Virus record (IMG/VR): IMGVR_UViG_3300018421_000026
Location: 1 to 59,728 of that record
DNA: 59,728 nucleotides
DNA from: a virus
Taxonomy: Duplodnaviria > Caudoviricetes
Strand: one strand, 5' to 3'
A program made the translations under genes and the position numbers. Positions 19,478 through 28,331 of the stretch are shown in pieces. Numbering within the stretch: the first letter of the stretch is position 1; each line of letters begins with the position of its first letter. Below the pieces are notes generated by a model. The model was not told where the DNA came from. It ran no database searches and saw only the letters and a list, made by a program, of their open reading frames with translations.

Positions 19478-20563
19478 TTATGTTGTGCGGTATGCTATCG
19501 AGCAACCGAGTATTCTGTTTCTATTTGAGCCAGATGATGTGTTTAGATTTGATGTCGTTATATCAGAGTAACCAGCACCGTTTGTGCGCCGCAAGAATGC
19601 GTAAGATGCACCATCTGTCAAGTTTGCATATTCAGGGGCGTTTGTTATCCAGCTTGATTGTGCGCCGCATTGCCCAGTGAATTGCGTTCCACTAGCGGCA
19701 AACGGAAAGCCAGAAATGTACACTGAGCCAGACGCAGTTCCCATCGACAAGGCTGACGTTCTAATATCAAAGCTAACCACAACCATTCGCCCAACTTTGA
19801 CATAAACGCCGTTTTGCTCTTGATACGTCACAGATGAAAATGAGCCGCTGCTAGTGGTAAAAATGGGCGTCCAAGTGCCTTCCTCATAATCGTCCAGCGC
19901 ATTGGCCGCAGCAGTGTCGCCGTTGAATGTGATGCCGCCGCTATTGATGATTCTCATTCGTTCTGTTTCGTTTACGCCAAAAATTATATCTCTTGAAGAA
20001 GAGTTGGTATAAATATTCATTCCCTCTGTGTTAAGCGCAATTGCACCAGCATAACCAGAACCATCAAGACGCAACTGACCATCGGCAGTACTGTTCATGT
20101 CAATATCTTCATTTGCGTCATTAAGATATATTCTTGCGCCTGCGCCTCTTACATCGAGTTTTTGAGAAGGCGAAACAGTCGCCACCCCGACCCGATTATT
20201 TGTGCTGTCAACAAACAGCGTATCAGTGTCAACAGTCAGGTCGCCAGTAAATGTTCCGTTAGTTGCCTCAAGAGCTTGCCCTGAAGGGTGTGTAGCAGAT
20301 AACTCTGCAGGACCACGGTTAACTACATAAATATTGTTAGTACCTGTGCTGGGTGCAGCAGTAAAAACCAGTGACGTTCCATTGCCCTCAATGTTATATG
20401 CTACCCCTGGCTCTTGCCTAACATTGTTTACAAAAACATCTACATTGTTTTCAGTGCCACGCTGCGACAAGGTAAAGGTAGTCGTAGACCCGTTACCGCT
20501 AAACGTATCTTTAGCGTTGGTCGTAGTAAAGTTACCTTCTGCTCCTTGTCCTAAGTAAGCCAT
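19478..20563 (-). CDS. Tail fibre protein
   Basis: MAYLG, VFVNNVRQEP, ERMRI, NALDDYEEGTWTP. Confidence 0.75.
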   Translation of the reverse strand: MAYLGQGAEGNFTTTNAKDTFSGNGSTTTFTLSQRGTENNVDVFVNNVRQEPGVAYNIEGNGTSLVFTAAPSTGTNNIYVVNRGPAELSATHPSGQALEATNGTFTGDLTVDTDTLFVDSTNNRVGVATVSPSQKLDVRGAGARIYLNDANEDIDMNSTADGQLRLDGSGYAGAIALNTEGMNIYTNSSSRDIIFGVNETERMRIINSGGITFNGDTAAANALDDYEEGTWTPIFTTSSGSFSSVTYQEQNGVYVKVGRMVVVSFDIRTSALSMGTASGSVYISGFPFAASGTQFTGQCGAQSSWITNAPEYANLTDGASYAFLRRTNGAGYSDITTSNLNTSSGSNRNRILGCSIAYRTT

Positions 20564-21921
20564 TAGTTAGCCTCCAGTGCGGTCAAGCGTGTTTCAATAT
20601 CTGCCAAACGCTGTTCGGTAGCTGCGCCAATAAAGGCCAACAGTTCAGGATAGCGAATACCAAGACGGGTGCGTTCTGTTGCACCCTCTGGTGCTTCGTC
20701 GGCTGTCTCATAAGTATCTGTGCGGGTGTATGCGTCAGCAGCCTCAATGTCATTTTCTTCGTCAGCTTCAACGGCTGGCACTTCAGTCTGGGTTTCCCAC
20801 CAAGTTGTAGAGATGAAGAAGGCATAGTCACCAGCGTCCAAGCCAGCGTCAGTCATTGCTTGCTGGACGTCTTGTGCGATTATACCAGTGTGCGTTCTGG
20901 CGGCATCGCCTTTAGCTTCAACCTTGTCATTCCATTTGAATGTCTTAAACAATTTGCTAATTGCTTTGGCGGCAGTAATCTCTGCGTCAGTCAGGCTGGC
21001 AATCTGTTGCTTTTCGTTTTGGTCTGATGTTTGGATAGTGCCGTTGGTGGCATAGATGTCATCAAAACGATTGCCAGACGAGCCTAAATCAATAGCGTTA
21101 TCACGCCCGCTACCTGTCGTTGTGCAGGGTGCAATAAACGCACTATCAAATCTTAAACCAGAGTCACTACCGTATGCTGTTGCAATATAAGGTCTGCTGC
21201 TAATTACGCCAATCTGCCCGATTAGCGAGCTATCTTTTGCCATCTCAATGATAGTGCCATCGTTGGTCAGTCGGTTGAAAAAAGCTGGCTGGTCACTGTC
21301 CCGTGTAGCAAACAACCGCCCATCAGACCTTGCACTAACACCAGCTGTAGTATTGTCTGCGCTTGCTTGCCCCACCAGCAGATTCCCGCTGCTGTCGATG
21401 CGCATGCGTTCTGTGGCGTTAGTCCAAAAAGCCATACTGTTGTTGCTGTGGTCATACCTCAAAAGACCTCGATAGCTATCTGCCCCCGTTGTTCCATCAG
21501 CAAATTGAATATCGCCTAAACTGGATGCTCCTGTATGAATTGTTAAACCAGCACCAGTAGTTCCAGAACCAATTTGAAGGTTAGAGCCATTGCCACCACC
21601 CAGCGTGGCTGTTGTTCGTCCAATAAGAACCCGCCCGCTGCTGTCGATGCGCATGCGTTCTGTGGCGTTAGTTTCAAACTGCATACTGTTTGTTGAGTGG
21701 TCATACAATATACTGCCAACAGAAGAAGCGCTATCATCACCAAAATGGATAACGCTGTCGTCTGTTGCCGCATTTGTTTGAATGTATAAAGCACTATCCG
21801 TTCCAGATGGCGACTGCATATGAAGTAAACCATTTGGAGAGGTGCGGTTTATACCGACATTGCCCGAAGCATCAATAGTCACAGCAGTAATGCCGTCATT
21901 AATAATCTTACTGATTGCCAT
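20563..21921 (-). CDS. Tail fibre with C-terminal intramolecular chaperone (peptidase S74-like)
   Basis: ERMRIDSSG repeats; TSD.NEK...H.GIIAQDV...GIRYPEL followed by a coiled-coil end. Confidence 0.85.
   Translation of the reverse strand: MAISKIINDGITAVTIDASGNVGINRTSPNGLLHMQSPSGTDSALYIQTNAATDDSVIHFGDDSASSVGSILYDHSTNSMQFETNATERMRIDSSGRVLIGRTTATLGGGNGSNLQIGSGTTGAGLTIHTGASSLGDIQFADGTTGADSYRGLLRYDHSNNSMAFWTNATERMRIDSSGNLLVGQASADNTTAGVSARSDGRLFATRDSDQPAFFNRLTNDGTIIEMAKDSSLIGQIGVISSRPYIATAYGSDSGLRFDSAFIAPCTTTGSGRDNAIDLGSSGNRFDDIYATNGTIQTSDQNEKQQIASLTDAEITAAKAISKLFKTFKWNDKVEAKGDAARTHTGIIAQDVQQAMTDAGLDAGDYAFFISTTWWETQTEVPAVEADEENDIEAADAYTRTDTYETADEAPEGATERTRLGIRYPELLAFIGAATEQRLADIETRLTALEAN
21385..21672. 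repeat. 39-nt perfect direct repeat (21385-21423 / 21634-21672)
   Basis: cccgctgctgtcgatgcgcatgcgttctgtggcgttagt occurs twice. Confidence 0.95.
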
Positions 21922-22250
21922 TAGGTAATCTCCAGGTAGCTCATTGTTACATCACTTGATACTGAAGTATCTGATTCAACAATTACAACATCAGTAGGCT
22001 CAAGGACAACCTTTTGGTCGCCGCCCACCACTACCAATGTACCACCTGCAGGCACTGGGGCATTCTTAACCAAGTGAATCTTGGAAGAGCCGCCATCATT
22101 AATCTTTACGTTTACAGCAATCTGTGAGTTAATAATGTTAGCAACCGTCAAGCCAATGATAGTAGTTGAAGTAGCTGCTGGACATTCATACACAGACACT
22201 TCAGCTGTGCCTACAGAAGATGCGGTAGATAATTTAAAAGAGTTAGCCAT
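21921..22250 (-). CDS. Small beta-rich virion/tail protein
   Basis: Intact ORF in the tail module, preceded by its own promoter. Confidence 0.65.
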   Translation of the reverse strand: MANSFKLSTASSVGTAEVSVYECPAATSTTIIGLTVANIINSQIAVNVKINDGGSSKIHLVKNAPVPAGGTLVVVGGDQKVVLEPTDVVIVESDTSVSSDVTMSYLEIT

Positions 22251-22256
22251 GTCAAT

Positions 22257-22285
22257 ATTATACCCTAAAAGTTAGCCCAATGCAA
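22257..22285 (-). promoter_or_regulatory. sigma70-type late promoter (leaderless)
   Basis: TTGCAT-17-TATAAT, ATG 6 nt downstream. Confidence 0.7.
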
Positions 22286-24431
22286 TGGCAAAGGCCACGG
22301 CAGCGGCGGCTGCGGTTGCGATAGAGGTAGCCAAAGTTGCAGAGGTTGTAGCAAAGGTAGATGACACCCCTGCTATTCGTGTTTCTAATGTAGCTGATGT
22401 TGTTGCGCTTGCTTTTGTTTCTGCAAGAACAGATACTGCATTGATGCGTGTTTCTAAGTTAACAGATGTAGAAGCGCTAGCTTTAGTTTCCGCAAGAACA
22501 GACACTGCATTAATACGTGTTTCAAGATTAGCAGAGGTGGCAGCACTTGCTTTTGTTTCTGCAAGGACTGACACTGCATTTATGCGAGTATTAACAGATG
22601 TAATAGCTGCGACATTAGCAGTAGCAATATTGTTAACAGAGGTAATAGCTGCCATGTTAATAGCAACAGTAGAGGCGTTAGCAGCAATTGAAGTATTAGC
22701 CAAAGCAATTGCCTGTGCATTAGCAGCAATAGCAGAAGCATTAACATCATTAACAATAGAACTAAGTGCGCTAACCACATTATTAATAGATGTAATAGCA
22801 TTAATATTTGTTGTTATTTTTGTTTGTAGTGTAGCCGAAGTTCCTGCACTAGCAACTCCAGTAAGATTACTACCACCACCATAAAATTCTGTTGCAGTAA
22901 CATTACCATCTACAAAAATACCTGTGTTGGTAGTTTCCATTTTTTTATTATTATTATAATACAGATTTACTGCCTCACCTGCACTACAAACTACATACTT
23001 TGCAGCTATAGCAGACTCAAGCTGTAGAGTATCAGACCCTCTAATAATCATATTGCCTGCGCCGACATCTCTCATATGAAAATTAGAGCCAGTATGTAAA
23101 AGCTCAACTCTATTAGAGCCACTTCCAAACTGTATTTTAACATTATCTGGAATGCTTACAGTTCCAGTGATTTCTCCACCTGCTTTAGGTAGGGCAGCAA
23201 CTGCGATAGTATTTACAGAAGCGATGGCAGAATTGCTATTGCTAATACTTGTTGCCATTGTAGAAGATACTGTAGCAATTCTTGTTTCTAATGTAGCCGA
23301 AGTTCCTACACTTGCAGCTACAATATCTGTAAGATTACTACCGTCACCATAAAAAGCTGTGGCAGTTACATTGGCAGTAAAGTTAGCATTACCTGTTGAG
23401 TGGTCAATTTCAAAACGAGGAGTAAAACTACCAAAGCTATTATTTGCTGTTCCAAGTTGAAATTTACCACCATTACTAATTAAAGATGAATTTAAATCTG
23501 TTGTATCTGTTTCTGAAAAATTAACATAAGGATATGAAGATGATACTTTAACTCCGTTTGCAGTATGCACTTGACCAGCAACAGAGATAGCAGTATCAAA
23601 AGCCACATTACCAGTAAACGTTCCTCCAGATTTAGGCATTTGATTGCCAATGCTTGTTGCCATTGTTGAGGATACTGTCGCAATGCGACTTTCAAGTGTA
23701 GCTGATGTCGTAGCAAAAGTGCTAGATACCCCTGCAATGCGACTTTCAAGAGCAGCTGACACATTGGCAATGCTTGTTGCCATTGTACTAGAAACATTTG
23801 CAATAGATGTTTGTAATGCTACATTAGTACTTGACAAAGTAGCCGAAACCGTGTTAATATGACTTTCCAAAGTCGCAGAGGTTGAAGCAAAGGTAGAGCT
23901 TACTCCTGCAATACGAGTCTCTAATGCTGCCGATACATTAGCAATACTAGTAGCCATAGTTGAACTAACTGTTGCTAATCCTGCTGATGTAGCTACTGGC
24001 TCACCTGCCAATGTAATATTGGTAGCAGCAATAGTGGTTGCGCTTACCGTGCCTGCACTAACAGTCGTAGCAAATAAATCACCAGTGCGTAGGCTGCTAA
24101 CACTTACATCTTGAAATACAAGTGTCGTAGCATTCAGCGTGCTAGTTGTAATACTTGTTGCATTGATTCTTGTTGCAGAAACATCTACAGCATTCAAAGC
24201 AGAAACAGTAAGTCCCTGCATATTAATTGTTGCAGCAGAAACATTACCAGTAACAGTTAAGTCACCATGTACCTTTGCTTCGCTTTGTGAAAGAGAGATT
24301 GCAGAGTTCTTACCGCTACCATCTTGGACACGGCGTAGCGTACCGTCCAGGCCATCATTAGATGCACTAGAGTTAACCTGAAGTAGGTCTTTATAGGTAT
24401 TTGCAATCTTTTTACCTGTTAAGTCTGCCAT
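22272..24431 (-). CDS. Long Ser/Thr/Ala-rich fibre protein with coiled-coil repeats
   Basis: Repeats SATLE.RI..VSST.ATS and three copies of RINAVSVLAETKASA; FYGDGSNLT fibre motifs. Confidence 0.75.
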   Translation of the reverse strand: MADLTGKKIANTYKDLLQVNSSASNDGLDGTLRRVQDGSGKNSAISLSQSEAKVHGDLTVTGNVSAATINMQGLTVSALNAVDVSATRINATSITTSTLNATTLVFQDVSVSSLRTGDLFATTVSAGTVSATTIAATNITLAGEPVATSAGLATVSSTMATSIANVSAALETRIAGVSSTFASTSATLESHINTVSATLSSTNVALQTSIANVSSTMATSIANVSAALESRIAGVSSTFATTSATLESRIATVSSTMATSIGNQMPKSGGTFTGNVAFDTAISVAGQVHTANGVKVSSSYPYVNFSETDTTDLNSSLISNGGKFQLGTANNSFGSFTPRFEIDHSTGNANFTANVTATAFYGDGSNLTDIVAASVGTSATLETRIATVSSTMATSISNSNSAIASVNTIAVAALPKAGGEITGTVSIPDNVKIQFGSGSNRVELLHTGSNFHMRDVGAGNMIIRGSDTLQLESAIAAKYVVCSAGEAVNLYYNNNKKMETTNTGIFVDGNVTATEFYGGGSNLTGVASAGTSATLQTKITTNINAITSINNVVSALSSIVNDVNASAIAANAQAIALANTSIAANASTVAINMAAITSVNNIATANVAAITSVNTRINAVSVLAETKASAATSANLETRINAVSVLAETKASASTSVNLETRINAVSVLAETKASATTSATLETRIAGVSSTFATTSATLATSIATAAAAAVAFAIALG

Positions 24432-24731
24432 CTATACTGTATTCCAATTCTTATCTAATAGTTCCCACTGATAAATAATCGTGTGTCGTTCAGTGGCATC
24501 TTCCCAGTTTATGTTCCTGTCAATATTAGGGTCAGGCCGTGCATTCATTACGAAGTTACTTCTGTCCCGCATATCGGGTGTTCTATTCTGTGGGTGGTCT
24601 ACTCTGTTGTATGGCCCATCCCAGTCATCGGGACAAACCCACAAGTTATAGCTGTTCTTTCGAAGCCTGCTGCGAGGATAAGAAAAACCACATACATCAC
24701 ATTCTGCTTTAACATGCTTGCCTCGTGCCAT
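24432..24731 (-). CDS. CxxC putative Zn-binding protein (paralog of 24732-24980)
   Basis: CDVCGFSYP...KNSY..VC...HPQNR. Confidence 0.7.
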   Translation of the reverse strand: MARGKHVKAECDVCGFSYPRSRLRKNSYNLWVCPDDWDGPYNRVDHPQNRTPDMRDRSNFVMNARPDPNIDRNINWEDATERHTIIYQWELLDKNWNTV

Positions 24732-24980
24732 TTACAAATTTGGTAGCCACGCCGACACCGCTACTGCAGAAACAAGAGAGGGTCGTTGTGGTCTAGCATC
24801 CCTAATGTTTTCATCATCGGTTACTCTGGCTATTCTGTTTTGTGGATGGTTGTGGCGGTCATACTTTCCTTCGTAATCCATGTTGCAAACCATCATACCA
24901 TAGCTATTCTTTTTTAACTCCCGCAGGGGATACCGAAAGCCACAGATGTCACAAAGTCCTAATGATTTAGTTGCTCCCAT
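24732..24980 (-). CDS. CxxC putative Zn-binding protein
   Basis: CDICGFRYP...KNSY..VC...HPQNR. Confidence 0.7.
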   Translation of the reverse strand: MGATKSLGLCDICGFRYPLRELKKNSYGMMVCNMDYEGKYDRHNHPQNRIARVTDDENIRDARPQRPSLVSAVAVSAWLPNL

Positions 24981-25651
24981 TACTTATAGTTCAGGCGGGG
25001 CGTAAGATATAAGCTTGCACGTTCTTTATCTTCCTCTTGCGCTCGCACCAGCCTTTCTTCGTACTCCGTTTTTAACATTTGGATTCTCCCCATATCGACA
25101 CCTGGTCGCTTCATGGACATAAAGTATGCCGTACCTGCAGTAAGGCAGGGATAGAAACGGCGAGAGATGTCTGCAGTTTGTGAAGACCTTGAAACATCCT
25201 GAAAATATTTTACAGTTTCAAACTTAACTTTATCTGTATTGTTTTCGGGTACAGGCCACAAATACACAACAGGATTGTCACGCTCTCTGCGTACTGCGTA
25301 TTGTGTCGGGCGACCCGTTTGCCCTTTGCGTGGAATCTTGAGATACTCTTCCATGCTAATGCGTTCTAGCTGCAGGTCAGTGTTATCTCTATTGACCACT
25401 GCCTCAACTACATCAATATTGTGTGCGTCTAGACTATAGGCTGTGACACTTGTTGCCACGGTCACCGCCGTAGTATTAATTGTCCAAAGTTGGATACCAC
25501 GGTTTTGCCAATCTTGCAGGAGCAGGTTTATAGAACGGCGTGCAGAGCGAGGCTCTTCGCCTAGTGTCGGCTCACCGCCAATCATTTCCATTGCTTCTTG
25601 GATTACCTCATCAATATCCATTGAGAAGCTATATGTTCCTGATGTTGCCAT
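24980..25651 (-). CDS. Head-tail adaptor-like virion protein
   Basis: MATSGT, ARRS.NLL..W.NRG, GRPTQY, LWPVP pattern. Confidence 0.65.
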   Translation of the reverse strand: MATSGTYSFSMDIDEVIQEAMEMIGGEPTLGEEPRSARRSINLLLQDWQNRGIQLWTINTTAVTVATSVTAYSLDAHNIDVVEAVVNRDNTDLQLERISMEEYLKIPRKGQTGRPTQYAVRRERDNPVVYLWPVPENNTDKVKFETVKYFQDVSRSSQTADISRRFYPCLTAGTAYFMSMKRPGVDMGRIQMLKTEYEERLVRAQEEDKERASLYLTPRLNYK

Positions 25652-25815
25652 TATGCTTTTCTCCTACGTTTGGTGCGACCAGCACAGTGAGCCTTTTGAC
25701 TGAAGCCTCTTGGACTTTTACAGTTGATAGACTTTTTGCGCTTTGCAGACCACCTCCTTTTCTTAGAACCAGGCTTACTTACCTGCTGGCTGGTCGCTGA
25801 CCTACTTATCGCCAT
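25651..25815 (-). CDS. Small basic protein (54 aa, not in ORF track)
   Basis: MAISRSATSQQVSKPGSKKRRWSAKRKKSINCKSPRGFSQKAHCAGRTKRRRKA; TAATG coupling to the next gene. Confidence 0.75.
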   Translation of the reverse strand: MAISRSATSQQVSKPGSKKRRWSAKRKKSINCKSPRGFSQKAHCAGRTKRRRKA

Positions 25816-25820
25816 TGTCT

Positions 25821-26177
25821 TTAAGTTTGTCTTCTGTTCTTGCGACCAAGACCGAAAGTCTGTTTTTGACTTTTAGGAGGGCGTTTTTTACTGCCTCTTG
25901 AACCTGCCCAAAAAACTTTATCAGCCCAGTAAGCAGCTGAACATTTGCCTCTAGCAATGTTCTTCGAATGCCTTGCTTTAAAGTTTCTACGAGCTTCTGG
26001 ACTGTAATTGTGACCCATTCCTTGAGCGCCGAACCTAATTGTTTTAATTTTTCCATTATCACACCTTACTGCAACTACTGCTTTTTTAGTTGGATGTTTA
26101 GGAGTCATCTTAGGTTTATTTAAACCTTTGAGTCCTAATTTTTTTAGTTTAGCTTTTTCTGCGTTTGTTAATGCCAT
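25821..26177 (-). CDS. Small basic protein
   Basis: K/R-rich; IRFG.QG, RRNFKARH, SAAYWA. Confidence 0.75.
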   Translation of the reverse strand: MALTNAEKAKLKKLGLKGLNKPKMTPKHPTKKAVVAVRCDNGKIKTIRFGAQGMGHNYSPEARRNFKARHSKNIARGKCSAAYWADKVFWAGSRGSKKRPPKSQKQTFGLGRKNRRQT

Positions 26178-26427
26178 TAGTATAACCTATTATGTCCTGA
26201 AATCTTACCACCCTTACTTTTAGAAACGGTGTCAGTTGCAAAAGGTTCTTTATCTTTATTTGTTTTATAATACTCGGTTACAAAAGAGCCATCCGAATCT
26301 TTACGTGTTTTTACTCTTGCCACATTACCATAAGGCTGCTTTGCCATAGCCTCATCGTTTATCTGCTTTGCTCTTTGAGCATCTGTAAGTTTTTTCTTTG
26401 CCATTAGTATAACCTGTTATGTCCTGA
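26172..26427. repeat. 29-nt direct repeat (26172-26200 / 26399-26427)
   Basis: tgccattagtataacct(a/g)ttatgtcctga. Confidence 0.9.
26177..26404 (-). CDS. Small basic protein
   Basis: Ends KGGKISGHNRLY; TAATG coupling. Confidence 0.7.
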   Translation of the reverse strand: MAKKKLTDAQRAKQINDEAMAKQPYGNVARVKTRKDSDGSFVTEYYKTNKDKEPFATDTVSKSKGGKISGHNRLY

Positions 26428-26715
26428 TTGAGTTTTTTGTTTAATCTTGCCGCCCTTTTTAGCTGTACGATATTTAGCTGTTTTTTTTGCTATAGCTTTA
26501 GGTTGCGGAACATGCTGCTTTCTTTTTTTGATTCCTTCTCTTTTTGCTCTCGTAGTTGCCGCATACTCTGCTTTTGTGAGTGCATCCCTCGCCTTTTTAG
26601 GTAAGTACCTCTCACCTGTAGCTTTTTTACCCTGTGTGCTTGGGTTACCACTTGCTGTACCCCAGTCTTCTTTTTCCCATTTGTCTAAAGACTTTTGTGA
26701 TTTTGCTTTTGCCAT
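26404..26715 (-). CDS. Small basic protein
   Basis: Q.SL.KW..EDW, TGERYLPKKA; ends SGHNRLY. Confidence 0.75.
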   Translation of the reverse strand: MAKAKSQKSLDKWEKEDWGTASGNPSTQGKKATGERYLPKKARDALTKAEYAATTRAKREGIKKRKQHVPQPKAIAKKTAKYRTAKKGGKIKQKTQSGHNRLY

Positions 26716-26723
26716 TTAACATA

Positions 26724-27029
26724 CTACGATGTGTAGCTCCCACCTCTAGCTTTATATTCTTTAGCAACCATTTGAGCTTTTCTTGCTGACCACTGACCAG
26801 GTTTACCGCCTTTGCCTCCAGCCCTAATACGCTCAACTATTTTTTTTCTCATACCAGGTTTTGTGTAGTTGCCTGCTTCATTGACACGGCTACCTTTCTT
26901 TTTAGAAACAGAACGACCTGCCTCACTCATAGCAATAGCTACCGCTTGGCTTTGACCATAACCCTCATCCATTAGCTTACTAATGTTCTTGCTAATAGTC
27001 TTATCACTTGTTCCTTTATACAAAGGCAT
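26724..27029 (-). CDS. Small basic protein
   Basis: [26 protein letters not shown]. Confidence 0.75.
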   Translation of the reverse strand: MPLYKGTSDKTISKNISKLMDEGYGQSQAVAIAMSEAGRSVSKKKGSRVNEAGNYTKPGMRKKIVERIRAGGKGGKPGQWSARKAQMVAKEYKARGGSYTS

Positions 27030-27214
27030 TAGCGCTTCCTTGCCTTACCAAAACCTTGACCAGTTGCACGAGCGCAAACTCCACCACCATGTTTTTTCTT
27101 AGTCATGGTTGAGCCACCTGTTCGGTCTGCATTAATAATTTTAAAGTCCTTGTCATCAATAACACCATCTTTATTCATGTCAATCTTTTTTTGCTTTTCG
27201 GTTAACTTAGCCAT
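27029..27214 (-). CDS. Small basic protein with EF-hand-like loop
   Basis: [13 protein letters not shown]; start moved to 27214 (TAATG coupling). Confidence 0.7.
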   Translation of the reverse strand: MAKLTEKQKKIDMNKDGVIDDKDFKIINADRTGGSTMTKKKHGGGVCARATGQGFGKARKR

Positions 27215-27681
27215 TACTTCATTGCCTTTCCGTAACCACGTGTAGCGCAACCTACACCTTTAGGAGTGCCACCCTTTTTAAGAACCTTTGGACCTAAATC
27301 TTTTGCGGCTTGTACACGGCGTTTTTTCCTACCTTCAAGAGCTTGCATAGCTGCAGCAGCTGCACCGCCAGCAGACTTCTTAGTCATCTTGCCGCCATAA
27401 CCTTTTTCTACTTTAATGCCTTTTCTTTCTTTAAGCATATCTGCATATTTGCTTTGTTTACCAGCACGAACATTACCAATGATTGCACGTTGAGCAGTAG
27501 GCTTTAAACCATCAAACTCAAACTCAAGACGGTCTACTTTAGACATACCTTCAACAGGTTTTTTACCTGACTGGTTTGTTCCTACAGCACGCTTTTGTTT
27601 AGCTGCTGCTTTCTTAACCTGTTTAGCAGCGGCTGGTAGTTTTGCTAAAGCACCACCTGCTAATTTTTTTGTAATAGCCAT
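27214..27681 (-). CDS. Basic K/A/G-rich protein
   Basis: Four xxxGG motifs; ends GCATRGYGKAMK. Confidence 0.7.
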   Translation of the reverse strand: MAITKKLAGGALAKLPAAAKQVKKAAAKQKRAVGTNQSGKKPVEGMSKVDRLEFEFDGLKPTAQRAIIGNVRAGKQSKYADMLKERKGIKVEKGYGGKMTKKSAGGAAAAAMQALEGRKKRRVQAAKDLGPKVLKKGGTPKGVGCATRGYGKAMK

Positions 27682-28331
27682 TATTGTCTTCCTCCAATTG
27701 TGTTTTCTCCCGCCATAGAAGCAGGTGCTTCCATATCGTCACGCCGTGTTCTGCGTGCTTGGTTTCTTAATGCTTCAACAGCAAGTTGATAACGCTGTTC
27801 GTAATAACTGCTTACTGAAAAGTTTTTCATAAAATCTCCTGCCTCTACCATGCAGCCATAAAACAAAGCGTCATAGCAAAAGTCAGAGAAGTAGTTAGTT
27901 TGATTTACACTAGTCAGTGTAGTCGGTCTAGCGACATATACAAGTTCCCCGCTGTAAGTAGCGCTTGCAGTAGGAGCAACGATAACATCGGTGTTTGTTT
28001 TCTTTGCATAATACTTTGGAGTTCCCGTACTTGCGCTGACAGGCCAGTAGTCATAAATAAACTCATCTGTTCTCTGCAGCAGATTAATTTTAGTTCCACT
28101 ATCTTCAATGCGAAGATTCTTTACATATCGTGTTCCCGAAGGAAGTGTAAGGCTGTTCTTGCCTGCTGATAATGTAACTGTTGTAGTTGTTACCAAACCA
28201 TAATCGTCCAATGTTTTAGTTAGCCGTTCTTCTACACGGTTAACCATTTTGGGAATAGCCGAAACAAATTCGCTGCCATCATTCTCAGTGGCTTCAATAA
28301 TGTCGGTAACAAGATAAGTATAATTAGCCAT
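27681..28331 (-). CDS. Head-tail adaptor (tail tubular protein A-like)
   Basis: GTPKYYA...APT, DALFYG pattern; start moved to MANYTYL (28331). Confidence 0.65.
   Translation of the reverse strand: MANYTYLVTDIIEATENDGSEFVSAIPKMVNRVEERLTKTLDDYGLVTTTTVTLSAGKNSLTLPSGTRYVKNLRIEDSGTKINLLQRTDEFIYDYWPVSASTGTPKYYAKKTNTDVIVAPTASATYSGELVYVARPTTLTSVNQTNYFSDFCYDALFYGCMVEAGDFMKNFSVSSYYEQRYQLAVEALRNQARRTRRDDMEAPASMAGENTIGGRQ

Noticed and set aside
15244-21921. Diversity-generating retroelement acting on tail fibres
   Set aside because: No reverse transcriptase in the window; repeat mismatches are mostly synonymous and not adenine-specific, and both copies are coding
22285-22884. 199-aa plus-strand ORF and other long antisense ORFs (e.g. 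46211-47056, 8196-8642)
   Set aside because: Shadows of codon-biased or repetitive real genes; no RBS or family motifs
25802-26062. 86-aa alternative-frame ORF on the minus strand
   Set aside because: Lies almost entirely within the better-supported, translationally coupled 25821-26177 gene
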